Shown here: piece by piece, positions 46,201 through 55,074 of the stretch
How the letters are laid out: each line of letters begins with the position of its first letter
How positions within the stretch are numbered: position 1 is the first letter of the stretch
Assembly (NCBI GenBank): GCA_965660445.1
Contig: CBFIAK010000001.1
Location: 384,001 to 448,000, forward strand
Direction: 5' to 3'
Length of the DNA stretch: 64,000 nucleotides
From: Patescibacteria group bacterium
GTDB taxonomy: Bacteria; Patescibacteriota; Gracilibacteria; UBA4473
Notes under the pieces: generated by a model
What the model saw: the letters and a program-made list of their open reading frames with translations, nothing else
The model's database searches: none
Told to the model about the DNA's origin: nothing
Program-made: the position numbers and the translations under genes

Positions 46201-48225
46201 AGAACCGATCCTGTTTTTAGAAATGTATCAATTTCTTCAGTGAGTCATGACGATTCAGCGTATATGGGTGATGTTCCTGTATATTATGCAAAAAGGGGAG
46301 ATACTATAACACTTTCCTTTGAAGCTCGTGATTACGTAGGTGTTTTTCATCCTCCCATAGGGACTATTCTCGGCATAAACGCTGTTTTTACTCAAGAATC
46401 GGATTTAGGCGATGGGTGGTATGAATGGAAAGGTGTGGTCTCATCAATTGACGGTGATGAAGGTCTTGTTGATATTGATGTTTCTGTTCCTGATAACGCA
46501 GGAAATGAAGTTTTTATAACGGGTACTTCTGATGAAAGTGCTGTTATTTATGATCGTACGCGTCCAATGCTTCCAACACAGGTATTCGATGAAGAAGGTG
46601 TTCAAACTCAATCATTAAAAGAGAGATCAAAAGCGCTACTTCATTGGAATGGTGATATAGATCCACAAGAAAATGGGGTCGATAGCATTTCCGATATATG
46701 GAAATATTTACTATTATGGACGAATCCATATCCAGTTTCCATTCCTCTTTCGAATAATCTTCCAATTGATATGGATAACGAAATTCATCAAGGATCTGAG
46801 AATGAACCGGTGGAAGTAATACGAGAGAATGGTCGTACTTTTGATGGACGGAGAACGCAACTTTCGCCATGGTCGGAATCGAATGAGCTCATTCCACCAC
46901 GAGAAAATAGTTATCAAAATAATCGATATCATCCGTATAGAATGCGTATGGTTGTTGTTGATAAAGCTGGAAATTACTCATGTGATGAGACTCATACTTA
47001 TTGTAGTGAAAAAGGAAACCTTGATTGGCGTGGTGAAACTCTTTATGAACAACCCTATAGTATTGGTATTTCAGGAACAGTTGTCGATGAAAAAAATGAA
47101 CCATTATCGGGTGCCATTGTTCAAATTATTGCTCGTTATGGAGAATATTGTGACGGTGAGCGTGAGATATGCACAGGGATAACAGACGAAAATGGGGAAT
47201 ATCAGGTTTTGGTGAACAAAGACCAAGATTATACACTTATCGTTTATCGTGATGGATATTATAGTGGAAAAAAAGATGTTCGTATTCAAAATACAAATGG
47301 TGTCTATGCAGAAGGACTTGGAAACATGACACTTCAGATGATAAAAAACTTAAAAGAACGCCAGACACAAGATCGCAGTGTTATTGTGTGGTTAAGTTCA
47401 GTGTTTGAAGAACCAACATCTCAACAAAAAATACAAACATATGTTCAGGTATGGAGTTTGTCAGGAGATATTGAAACACAAAATATTCAAGGAGGTATTC
47501 GAATCACAAGTCAGTCTCGAATAACAGGGGTTGCGAGTAATAATCCTGATGTTTTGATTCAGGAGAACAATGATAATACGTTTGATATTTTCGGAGGTGG
47601 AAATGTGAAAAATATAAAAAGTGGAACAGGTGACGGCAGTAAAAAAACGTTTTCATCAGGAGAGAGTCGATTGGGGGTTGAGATAGTACCGGCTTCTGGA
47701 AAAGCTGGAAATAGAATATCGGGACAGACACGAAAATCAAATAATCCAAACGAGGAATGGACTATGGAAGATTCTTATAAAGAAATAGAAGAACATAACA
47801 AAGGAGTGAAAGGACAAACTCTTTCGTATATCAACAGAAATGGGTATCGGATTTTTGGAGGGTATCGATCAGGACGTATTCCAGCGGATGGGTATAAAAC
47901 AAAAGAAGATTTGCAAAAAACAAAGGAGAAAATACAAACACAGAGAACAGATGGACGAAAACCTATTGGATTTCGGCGTGCTCAACCAGAGAGTGCTTAT
48001 AAAACAGTTCTTACTCGAAAAACATATGAAGCATCACAAAAAGAAAGAGAAGATGTTTTTGCACGACGGGCCGAAGAACGAACGATTGCTCAGTCGAGAC
48101 TGAAGAAAAATAATGATGAGGTTATGATTAGAGGAACAAATGGGAAGAAGGTTTCTATGGATGTTTTTACTGATCCTTATATGCATCGTGACCGTCCGAA
48201 GCCTTCTCATATTGTTTCGAGATAA
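43204..48225 (+). CDS. Large secreted surface protein (lamin-tail domain, beta-helix, Ig-like repeats, carboxypeptidase-regulatory-like domain)
   Basis: Signal peptide; GEWIELVN...IDLQGW; YPTIQNAID...NWWG; repeated D.AGN; ISGTVVDE..EPLSGA. Confidence 0.8.
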   Translation: MKKFSLIRLFALWVLSVGIFVSAQASGIRVQEFLANPQAVSDASGEWIELVNTTNQSIDLQGWTIDDGGVEHSVSSSVLIPPLGEIVVCRNADKMTNGGVRCAYEWSSMSLTNTGDVITIRNTEDIISHTVTFDGSDVESGRSTIVDAQNNRTISENNPASARFGFDAQGDYATPAQNPRNGNSYYPTIQNAIDNAQASQTVSVPFDVFEEQIIIQKPIIIEGDIAGENQVGVGDNAPILDGSFLMGSVQNVAAITIADSIDQVEIKGFRIRDYNSVSLASEGRGISTKGNTQNTDIIIAHNVFENIKTDAVLIESTLSDSQAIIEYNEFQDVNRALHLVSVYATDIAHNVFSDLKTDSDGIALALICENDGIPERECNGNYVFENTFEGDMHIGFLIVAEGNIHSASFIDTLVIEDNTFQGDFVGISVESVQSEDKIDILNIKGNVFDIHDHYAIEFHESQGQLSNVLIQENKFIGNQNQGILSSANTSLDARFNWWGTSNGPSLFSDGIEYAPWFFNETMTTVTGMIKNITSSTANGLYSQGDSISVDIEFVHAVSISGSGISGTLNSGNTVSIDSVSNKNTISSSFIVSVNQSTDDLQLTDISLNTGSSITEDENGYPVEFRIPNGANIADNKDIQIDSVNPRFDSLSLTSNNIASPSYAGSNSVLTFSLVLETPDSFSQGNILFTIGEGEEQSLSFQEPASQQKKTTYTAVLDMSNYNGTSDGDTLLITGIEFQDSARNLIQSLPVLPSEPSPTVLIDNTKPVLHQVSYSTTNSNPNWAKEGDTIVYTLSFSEDVILENLSHPTVSHNASVRLKDITIPSYAIQDTLEFSVSNMDNGDIDFSDIEFTITDRAGNVSDVLTEVDVNTALSLWIQEGGNRIQADTIMPTITDMTIYSNNALNTNLAKTNDTITIDMTTNDNRSPTVSLVSEQSHILNRSITSQNLGSIGSNRTVHRMTDGTEDSQVIVPFAVQIQDEAGNQSLVQTTTNDGSMVQFDRTDPVFRNVSISSVSHDDSAYMGDVPVYYAKRGDTITLSFEARDYVGVFHPPIGTILGINAVFTQESDLGDGWYEWKGVVSSIDGDEGLVDIDVSVPDNAGNEVFITGTSDESAVIYDRTRPMLPTQVFDEEGVQTQSLKERSKALLHWNGDIDPQENGVDSISDIWKYLLLWTNPYPVSIPLSNNLPIDMDNEIHQGSENEPVEVIRENGRTFDGRRTQLSPWSESNELIPPRENSYQNNRYHPYRMRMVVVDKAGNYSCDETHTYCSEKGNLDWRGETLYEQPYSIGISGTVVDEKNEPLSGAIVQIIARYGEYCDGEREICTGITDENGEYQVLVNKDQDYTLIVYRDGYYSGKKDVRIQNTNGVYAEGLGNMTLQMIKNLKERQTQDRSVIVWLSSVFEEPTSQQKIQTYVQVWSLSGDIETQNIQGGIRITSQSRITGVASNNPDVLIQENNDNTFDIFGGGNVKNIKSGTGDGSKKTFSSGESRLGVEIVPASGKAGNRISGQTRKSNNPNEEWTMEDSYKEIEEHNKGVKGQTLSYINRNGYRIFGGYRSGRIPADGYKTKEDLQKTKEKIQTQRTDGRKPIGFRRAQPESAYKTVLTRKTYEASQKEREDVFARRAEERTIAQSRLKKNNDEVMIRGTNGKKVSMDVFTDPYMHRDRPKPSHIVSR

Positions 48226-48326
48226 AGAGTGTATACCTTGTAGAAGAATGGGTTTTTCACTCCGTAAATAAGAATTCTTCTTTTGGGATAGTGAGTAGTT
48301 GTTAACTACTTAAGATTGAGATTGAG

Positions 48327-48357
48327 AAGAAGCCGAAGGACGTCTTTGGCTTCTTTT
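48327..48357 (+). terminator. Intrinsic terminator
   Basis: aagaagccgaag / ctttggcttctttt. Confidence 0.7.
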
Positions 48358-48418
48358 CATCATTTGACATATCTGCTTTTTTTTCTTTACAATGAGCGCC
48401 TCTTGTATTTATGAATAT

Positions 48419-48958
48419 ATGAAACCTTTTGAGATTTTATCACGTAAAATAGTGCTTGATTCCTTGTATATGCCGATAGAACAACAAAGAGTTCGACTTC
48501 CCAATGGAGAAGAAGCAGATTGGTTTGTAAGTTTGGCTTCTGATGCGGTAGTGGTTTTACCAATTACAAAGGATGGGTCTTTTCTGCTACAAAGAGCCTA
48601 TAAACATGGATGCGAATCAGTGGTCGTTGAGTTTTGTATTGGGATGGTTGAGAAAGGAGAGTTGGTTGATCTTACGGCTATGAGAGAACTTCAAGAAGAA
48701 ACAGGGTATAAGGCATCGAGAGTGGAAAAGATAGGAGAATTGTTTGTAAATCCAACAGGGTCACAACAGCGATACCACTTTTTTATAGCGTATGATTGCG
48801 AAGAAGCAGGAGACCAAAAGCTGGATAATGCAGAACAGATTGAGGTTATTCGATGCAAAAACTTGCAAGAAGTTGAATCTCTTTTATTTGCTTCGGATAC
48901 AAAAACATCTTGCGTCAATATGGCGGGGCTTGTATATTTGAAACAGAAGCATTCTTAG
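48419..48958 (+). CDS. NUDIX hydrolase (ADP-ribose pyrophosphatase-like)
   Basis: Nudix box GMVEKGE...AMRELQEETGY. Confidence 0.9.
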   Translation: MKPFEILSRKIVLDSLYMPIEQQRVRLPNGEEADWFVSLASDAVVVLPITKDGSFLLQRAYKHGCESVVVEFCIGMVEKGELVDLTAMRELQEETGYKASRVEKIGELFVNPTGSQQRYHFFIAYDCEEAGDQKLDNAEQIEVIRCKNLQEVESLLFASDTKTSCVNMAGLVYLKQKHS

Positions 48959-48982
48959 TCATTTTTTTTAACTAGTTTTATC

Positions 48983-49708
48983 ATGTCAGGACACTCGAAA
49001 TGGCATTCTATACGGCATAAGAAAGGAGCAAATGATGCAAAACGTGGGAAAATACTCACAAAACATTCGAAGCTATTAACCATTGCAGGGCGTTCAGACC
49101 CAAACCCTGAAACAAACCCAACATTGCGAGTGGCTATTGCGAATGCGAAAGCCGATAATGTACCAAATGATAATGTACAGCGAGTACTCAAAAAACTAGC
49201 AGGTGACGATAAAAATGCGTCGCAGTTTGAACAAATGGTCTATGAAGGGTTTGGACCTGATGGAGTACCTTTTGTAGTGACAGCCCTTACTGATAATGGA
49301 AATCGAACAACCCCAGCGGTTAAGAGTGCGTTTGGAAAAAATGGAGGGACTATGGGGAGTTCTGGTACGGTTATGTATATGTTTGATCATGTTGGTGTTA
49401 TTGAGATACACAATGGAAATCATGCAGAGGATGTTTTATTTGAGATAGCTATTGAGGCAGGAGCACAAGATTTTCATTACGATGAGAATACTTCGGAAGT
49501 GGTAACAGCATTTGCGGATTTAGCGCGAGTAAGTAATGTATTAGAATCGAAAGGGATTGTTATTCAGAAATCAGAACCACAATATCGAGCCAAGGAACCT
49601 AAAATAGTTTCGGAATCAGAAATAGATCGACTCGAGAAGTTTATGAGTGCACTCGAAGAAATTGATGACGTCGATGATGTGTTTGGAGGATTTGATGTTG
49701 AAGAATAA
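48983..49708 (+). CDS. YebC/PmpR family protein
   Basis: MSGHSKWHSIRHKKG, YEGFGP.G, TDN.NRT. Confidence 0.95.
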   Translation: MSGHSKWHSIRHKKGANDAKRGKILTKHSKLLTIAGRSDPNPETNPTLRVAIANAKADNVPNDNVQRVLKKLAGDDKNASQFEQMVYEGFGPDGVPFVVTALTDNGNRTTPAVKSAFGKNGGTMGSSGTVMYMFDHVGVIEIHNGNHAEDVLFEIAIEAGAQDFHYDENTSEVVTAFADLARVSNVLESKGIVIQKSEPQYRAKEPKIVSESEIDRLEKFMSALEEIDDVDDVFGGFDVEE

Positions 49709-49824
49709 AAAGATTGTGGTGATGTTATAAAATCGGAAAATGTGAAAACTGTGAAAAAGTATTGACTTTCTTGCTGTTTTTATGAAAATGCACGAGAAAT
49801 TAATTAATTCTATTTTTATTACCT

Positions 49825-51591
49825 ATGAACGCAAAATCTCCTGTTATTGTCAAAGTATCCGGACCATTAGTGGTTGCGGAGAATATGCATACAGCCAAAA
49901 TGTACGAGGTAGTCCATGTAGGGGAAGAAAACCTTGTTGGTGAAGTTATTCGATTAGAAAACGGAATGGGATCCATTCAAGTATACGAAGAAACAGCTGG
50001 TATTGGACCAGGTGAACCAGTGAAACTTACGGGAGAAACAATGGTAGTTGAGCTTGGACCTGGACTTTTAGAGACTATTTATGATGGAGTGCAACGACCG
50101 TTGCAAATACTTGAAGAAAAAACAGGAGCATTCTTAGATCGAGGAGTGAGAGCTGATGGGCTTGATCGTGCTCGAAAATGGGATTTTGTGCCGGTTGTAA
50201 AGGTAGGGCAAACTGTAAGTGAGGGTGATGTGTTGGGAACGGTGCAAGAAACCACACTGATCAATCATAAAGTTATGGTGCCACTCGGTATAGAAAAAGC
50301 AAAAGTACTTCGTATTGAGTCTGGAAAATATAATGTAACGGAAACGATTGCTGTATTAGATGTACAAGGAGAACAACGAAATATAGAAATGAGACAGTTT
50401 TGTTCGATTCGACGTCCACGAAAAATTAAACAAAAACGACAACCAGACGAACTTTTAATGACAGGAGGGCGTTCTATTGATACGTTTTTCCCATTGGTGA
50501 AAGGAGGGGCGGGGTGTATTCCTGGACCTTTTGGAGCTGGAAAAACAGTGACACAACAAACTTTGGCAAAATATTGTGATGCACAGGTGATTGTGTATAT
50601 CGGATGTGGAGAACGAGGAAACGAAATGACAGAGGTTTTGAATGAGTTTCCACATTTGTTGGATCCAAACACAGGTGAGCCATTGATGAAACGAACCGTT
50701 ATGATTGCCAATACTTCAAATATGCCGGTTGCAGCGCGAGAAGCGTCGGTGTATACGGGAATTACTATTGCTGAATACTATCGAGATATGGGGTACGATG
50801 TAGCACTTATGGCAGATTCTACGTCTCGATGGGCAGAAGCTATGCGAGAAATGTCAGGACGGTTAGAAGAAATGCCGGGTGAGGAAGGGTATCCAGCATA
50901 TCTTGGGTCTCGAACAGCAGAATTTTATGAGCGAGCAGGGGCGGTAGATTGTTTAGGGGCTGATGATCGAAAAGGGTCATTAACCGTTATTGGAGCAGTT
51001 TCTCCTCCGGGAGGGGATTTGTCTGAACCAGTGACACAAAACACGCTTCGGGTCACAAAAACGTTTTGGGGGTTGGATTCAAAATTGGCATATCAACGGC
51101 ATTTTCCATCGATTAACTGGTTGAAAAGTTATTCTTTGTATTTGCCAAACTTAGAAAAATTCATGAAGGATAATGTAGCCGCTGATTACTGGGATGTGCG
51201 AACAATGGGATTATCATTATTGAATGAAGAAGCAAAGCTTGAAGAAATTGTGCGTCTTGTTGGTCCAGAGGCTTTATCCACAAAAGAAAAATTAGTGCTT
51301 TTAACAGCGAAATCGATTCGAGAAGATTTCTTATATCAAGACTCATTTGATAAAAATGATGCTTATACGCCAACAAAAAAACAGTATCAAATGTTAAAAA
51401 CAATTGTAGCTTTATACACAGAAGGATTAAAACTTGAAAATCGTGAAGATTTTGATTTCTCAAAACTAGAATCCCTTCCTTGCGTGCAGAAAGTAGCACG
51501 AGTAAAAGATTTAAGTGTTGGAGAAAATGATGATGTTTCTGCTTTTGAGGCTGTTCGTGCTGAGATTGCAAAAGAAATTGCCGGGTTATAA
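49825..51591 (+). CDS. V/A-type ATPase catalytic subunit A
   Basis: GPFGAGKT Walker A, GCGERGNEM, DSTSRWAEA, MPGEEGYPAYL, HFPSINWL. Confidence 0.95.
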   Translation: MNAKSPVIVKVSGPLVVAENMHTAKMYEVVHVGEENLVGEVIRLENGMGSIQVYEETAGIGPGEPVKLTGETMVVELGPGLLETIYDGVQRPLQILEEKTGAFLDRGVRADGLDRARKWDFVPVVKVGQTVSEGDVLGTVQETTLINHKVMVPLGIEKAKVLRIESGKYNVTETIAVLDVQGEQRNIEMRQFCSIRRPRKIKQKRQPDELLMTGGRSIDTFFPLVKGGAGCIPGPFGAGKTVTQQTLAKYCDAQVIVYIGCGERGNEMTEVLNEFPHLLDPNTGEPLMKRTVMIANTSNMPVAAREASVYTGITIAEYYRDMGYDVALMADSTSRWAEAMREMSGRLEEMPGEEGYPAYLGSRTAEFYERAGAVDCLGADDRKGSLTVIGAVSPPGGDLSEPVTQNTLRVTKTFWGLDSKLAYQRHFPSINWLKSYSLYLPNLEKFMKDNVAADYWDVRTMGLSLLNEEAKLEEIVRLVGPEALSTKEKLVLLTAKSIREDFLYQDSFDKNDAYTPTKKQYQMLKTIVALYTEGLKLENREDFDFSKLESLPCVQKVARVKDLSVGENDDVSAFEAVRAEIAKEIAGL

Positions 51592-51608
51592 GATATGAAT
51601 CAAAACAC

Positions 51609-51643
51609 AAAAAAGCTCTTGCTTATTACAAGAGCTTTTTTTT
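51609..51643 (+). terminator. Intrinsic terminator after the ATPase A gene
   Basis: aaagctcttg / caagagcttt followed by T-tract. Confidence 0.8.
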
Positions 51644-51739
51644 ATTTAAAAATATTTATCTGTTTTAAGCAATAAAAAAAGAAAACTTGTTTGAGCGAAG
51701 AATGGTATACTTTTTTTGATTTTTTAAGATTTATTTTTC

Positions 51740-52753
51740 ATGGAACATGTATATGACTGGGACAATGATGGGGTTTGTGCTCGACCAAAAGGAGAGCCTC
51801 CTTACCCTGAAGTGTTTGATACGATTATTATGGGTGCTGGGCCTGCGGGTATGACGGCAGCCATTTATGCGGCACGTCGAAAAATGAAAATATTACTTGT
51901 TACTGGAAAAATAGGAGGACAAATGATGTCTTCTTCTGATATTGAGAACTGGACAGGTGTTGCACAAGCGACAGGTCCAGAGTTAACAAATCAGTTTTTT
52001 AAGCATGTAAAGAAAGTTGATGATGATAATGCTCATTTTGATTTATGGGTCAGAGAAGGTGAGACAATTCAGTCAGTGGGGGGAAATTTTCAAGAAAAAT
52101 TTTGGGTGAAGACGAGTACAGGAAAAATGTTTCGATCAAAAACACTTATTGCAACAACAGGGAAAGTGCCATTAACATTAAATGTACCAGGGGAATCGGT
52201 AGCGATGAAAGGGAATGGGTTATCATTTTGTGCAACATGTGATGCACCATTATACAAAGACAAAAAAATGATTGTTATCGGAGGAGGAAATTCTGCTATG
52301 GATGTTGCTTTGCAACTTGAGAAGTTTACGAATGATATTACTATTTGTGTCTATGGAGGGGAGTTGAAAGGTGAAATCTGTATGCGTGAGAAAATTGAGA
52401 GATCATCCTCTATTCGTGTTGAATGCGGAGTCGATACAAAAGAGATATTACTTCATGAGAATAACGCTGTTCGAGGAATTCGAGTGTTACAAAATGGAAC
52501 AGAGAGAGTCTTTGATTGTGAAGGTATTTTTGAAGAAATTGGACAAGCGCCTGCAACTGAGTTTTTATCAGGTTTCGTAACACTGAATGATCGTCGAGAA
52601 ATACCAACCGATAGACGATGTTGTACAAAAGTACAAGGGTTTTTTGCAGGAGGGGATTGTTCTGATCAAGCACATAAACAGGTAGTAGTGGCAGCGAGTG
52701 AAGGAGCTATTTGTGCCCTTGAAGCTCATGAGTTGTTGCTCCGTACTGAGTAA
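51740..52753 (+). CDS. trxB: Thioredoxin reductase-like flavoprotein
   Basis: GAGPAG, CATCD, GGGNSA, FAGGD. Confidence 0.88.
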   Translation: MEHVYDWDNDGVCARPKGEPPYPEVFDTIIMGAGPAGMTAAIYAARRKMKILLVTGKIGGQMMSSSDIENWTGVAQATGPELTNQFFKHVKKVDDDNAHFDLWVREGETIQSVGGNFQEKFWVKTSTGKMFRSKTLIATTGKVPLTLNVPGESVAMKGNGLSFCATCDAPLYKDKKMIVIGGGNSAMDVALQLEKFTNDITICVYGGELKGEICMREKIERSSSIRVECGVDTKEILLHENNAVRGIRVLQNGTERVFDCEGIFEEIGQAPATEFLSGFVTLNDRREIPTDRRCCTKVQGFFAGGDCSDQAHKQVVVAASEGAICALEAHELLLRTE

Positions 52754-52754
52754 A

Positions 52755-53786
52755 TTATGACATTTCTTGTATAAGCGCGAGTAAGACTTCGCAGAAATAA
52801 TCGATATCACTTTCTTGAATACCACTATGAAGTCCAATACGGATAGGGTATTGGTAAGCTGAGTCAGACTCGAATTTCCCAATAACAGGGTTGACTGATA
52901 AAAGATCGGAACTACACGCCGATCCGGTGGATACGCATATATGTTCTTCATCTGATAAGCGTGCCATAAGGTGAGACCCTCGAATATGTGGAAACGAGAC
53001 GCTTACGATTCCAGCTCCTTTTTCTTTTTCAGAATGAAGAATACGAGCTTGTGGAAAATTTTGAACAATAAAGTTGCTCAATTTTTGAGTGAGTTGTGTG
53101 AGTGTTTCTTGATGGGTTTTATCAATAAGGGTAAATGCCTGTGCCATACCAGCGATGAGTTGTGGGTTTTTGGTATGGGTATCACGCATAATGTCAGGGT
53201 AGAGTTCGGGTGAACGTGCATAGAGGATACCCACTGTTTTTGGTCCGTATATTTTATGGGCAGAGAATGATGCGAAATCAATTCCTGCGAGGTTCAGGTT
53301 TGTTTTTCCAAACGCTTGAACCCAGTCACTCAAGACAATACTGTGAGGATGGGTATTTTTTATTGTATCTGCTTCAAACAAAGCTCCTGTTTCGTTGTTC
53401 ATACGCATAAGGCTTATCATTCGTGCCGTTGGAGGAATTGATGATATATCAAATGGGTTAAACTGTTGTATTTCTGGAAAAAAATCTCGTATAGAGCTAT
53501 GTTCAGCCCATGAACAATAGAGTTCATTTGAGGAAAACCGTTTGTGAAACGCCCACAAAACTTTTCTATTGGCATCGGTTCCCCCATAAGTAGGGATAAG
53601 TTGTTGTGGAGCCACATTTAAAACATCGGCAATGGTTTGCAGTGATTGTTGAATAATTTCTTGGGCTTTATATCCAGCGACATGTTTTGAGTTGCTATTC
53701 CCAAACACACCATTGAGTTCGTCCATTCGTGCTTGCACATCAGGATGAATAGGGGTTGTTGATGCCGAATCAAGGTAGAGACTCAT
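52755..53786 (-). CDS. Cysteine desulfurase (IscS/NifS-like class V aminotransferase)
   Basis: YLDSASTT, NNETG, SAHKIYGPK, STGSACSS. Confidence 0.9.
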   Translation of the reverse strand: MSLYLDSASTTPIHPDVQARMDELNGVFGNSNSKHVAGYKAQEIIQQSLQTIADVLNVAPQQLIPTYGGTDANRKVLWAFHKRFSSNELYCSWAEHSSIRDFFPEIQQFNPFDISSIPPTARMISLMRMNNETGALFEADTIKNTHPHSIVLSDWVQAFGKTNLNLAGIDFASFSAHKIYGPKTVGILYARSPELYPDIMRDTHTKNPQLIAGMAQAFTLIDKTHQETLTQLTQKLSNFIVQNFPQARILHSEKEKGAGIVSVSFPHIRGSHLMARLSDEEHICVSTGSACSSDLLSVNPVIGKFESDSAYQYPIRIGLHSGIQESDIDYFCEVLLALIQEMS

Positions 53787-53827
53787 GCGATGTTGAGCAT
53801 ACCAATTTTTGCATGAGAATCAAATGA

Positions 53828-54454
53828 TCAGTGTTTTTGTTTTTGAGCTAGTACAACAAAATTTTTGTTGTTTACGCAGTGGGACTCAAGACATTGAAAC
53901 CCATTTTTTTGGGTCAGATTTCGTAGTTCTCTATCACTTACTCGTCTATATGTTCGAGGATATTTTTGAGTACCAAATGGGACGTTCCAGTTTTTAAAGC
54001 GACCTCGAAGGATATTGGGCCAGAAATGTTTTTTTGGTATTTTCCAAGTGGTAAGAAAAAGGATTCCATTCGGTTTGAGCACTCGAAAACATTCGGAGAG
54101 AAACTGGTTTTGTTCATGGCGTGACAAAAGATGATGGAATGAAGCAATACCAATAATCATATCAAATGTATCGGACCCAAAAACGAGAGGTTCTTTCATA
54201 TCCTGAAGAAAAAAGTGATCATGCGGGTATTGAGACCTTGCTATATCTAGAAACTCTTGTGAGTTATCGAACCCAAAATAACACCCTTCTTGGTGACGAT
54301 GTTCAGACAAAAATGATCGCAATCGTCCATTTCCGCATCCCGCATCGAGAATCCGAGCATGAGGGGATATAAATGGGGCGCACATTTCAAACTCTTCCCA
54401 ATGAAAATGGCGAGTACGAGAAAAATCGTGAGCAAAAGAGTCGTATTGTGCCAT
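53828..54454 (-). CDS. Class I SAM-dependent methyltransferase
   Basis: ILDAGCGNGR, ASFHHL, RVLKPNG. Confidence 0.9.
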   Translation of the reverse strand: MAQYDSFAHDFSRTRHFHWEEFEMCAPFISPHARILDAGCGNGRLRSFLSEHRHQEGCYFGFDNSQEFLDIARSQYPHDHFFLQDMKEPLVFGSDTFDMIIGIASFHHLLSRHEQNQFLSECFRVLKPNGILFLTTWKIPKKHFWPNILRGRFKNWNVPFGTQKYPRTYRRVSDRELRNLTQKNGFQCLESHCVNNKNFVVLAQKQKH

Positions 54455-54539
54455 GCCTTATAAAAGGGATACAAAGGGATGATACTCGTATTTGTAAGGA
54501 GTGCAAATGAAGGATATTTAGGGGAAAACTATTTTTTAT

Positions 54540-54568
54540 TTGCAAAAAATTTTTTTCTGTGGTACAAT
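54540..54568 (+). promoter_or_regulatory. Sigma70-type promoter TTGCAA-17-TACAAT with extended -10 TG
   Basis: Read directly; points into the noncoding interval and is followed by boxA-like GTTCATTGAAA. Confidence 0.6.
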
Positions 54569-54574
54569 ATCTAG

Positions 54575-55073
54575 ATTTGTTCATTGAAAGTTCGAAAAAA
54601 ACGGAGAGTGTGGAGAAGAGGAGTCCTCTCTTCCCATAAACTATATAATTTTTATTTTCCTATTTTATTATATTGGGCATAAGAGTCGGTATTGCTCTTT
54701 TCCACTCTCTCCGCTTTGCGATGTCGTTCTAGCGCCTATAGACTACGCTTAGAATGCACCACAAAACGCGAGAGGCACGATTTTCAAAAAGACGACTTGT
54801 TCTTCGAAAGAAAAGAAGCCGCCTTCTCGAAAACCGTTTTGAGGTATTTTACCAAAATACAGTCTGTACAATACTTATTTTATAATAACTTGTCAAATAA
54901 GATTCTACACCCAAAGACTCTGATCGGTAACGCAGGAATCCCGATTTATCGGGAAGAGAAGATTACCCAAGCAAGGCAAGAGAACAGATTCCTAGTCAGA
55001 ATCATAAAAGACCGATACTTTATTTTACTCGATAATTATGAGTTTTCAAAATAAAGGACATTATCGGTCTTTT
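54575..55073. ncRNA. Candidate structured noncoding RNA locus (family not recognised)
   Basis: Series of long helices, convergent promoters and terminal U-tract hairpins; see findings. Confidence 0.5.
54868..54896 (-). promoter_or_regulatory. Sigma70-type promoter TTGACA-17-TATTGT on the minus strand
   Basis: Plus strand shows ACAATA (54868-54873) and TGTCAA (54891-54896). Confidence 0.55.
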
Positions 55074-55074
55074 T

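Noticed and set aside
54692-55054. 120-aa ORF from the track
   Set aside because: TTG start buried in a hairpin, no recognisable motif, and the region is dominated by RNA-like helices
54575-55073. tmRNA, RNase P RNA or SRP RNA
   Set aside because: No tRNA-like ends, no GAGGAAAGTCC, and no SRP domain IV motif on either strand; a divergent 6S RNA cannot be fully excluded
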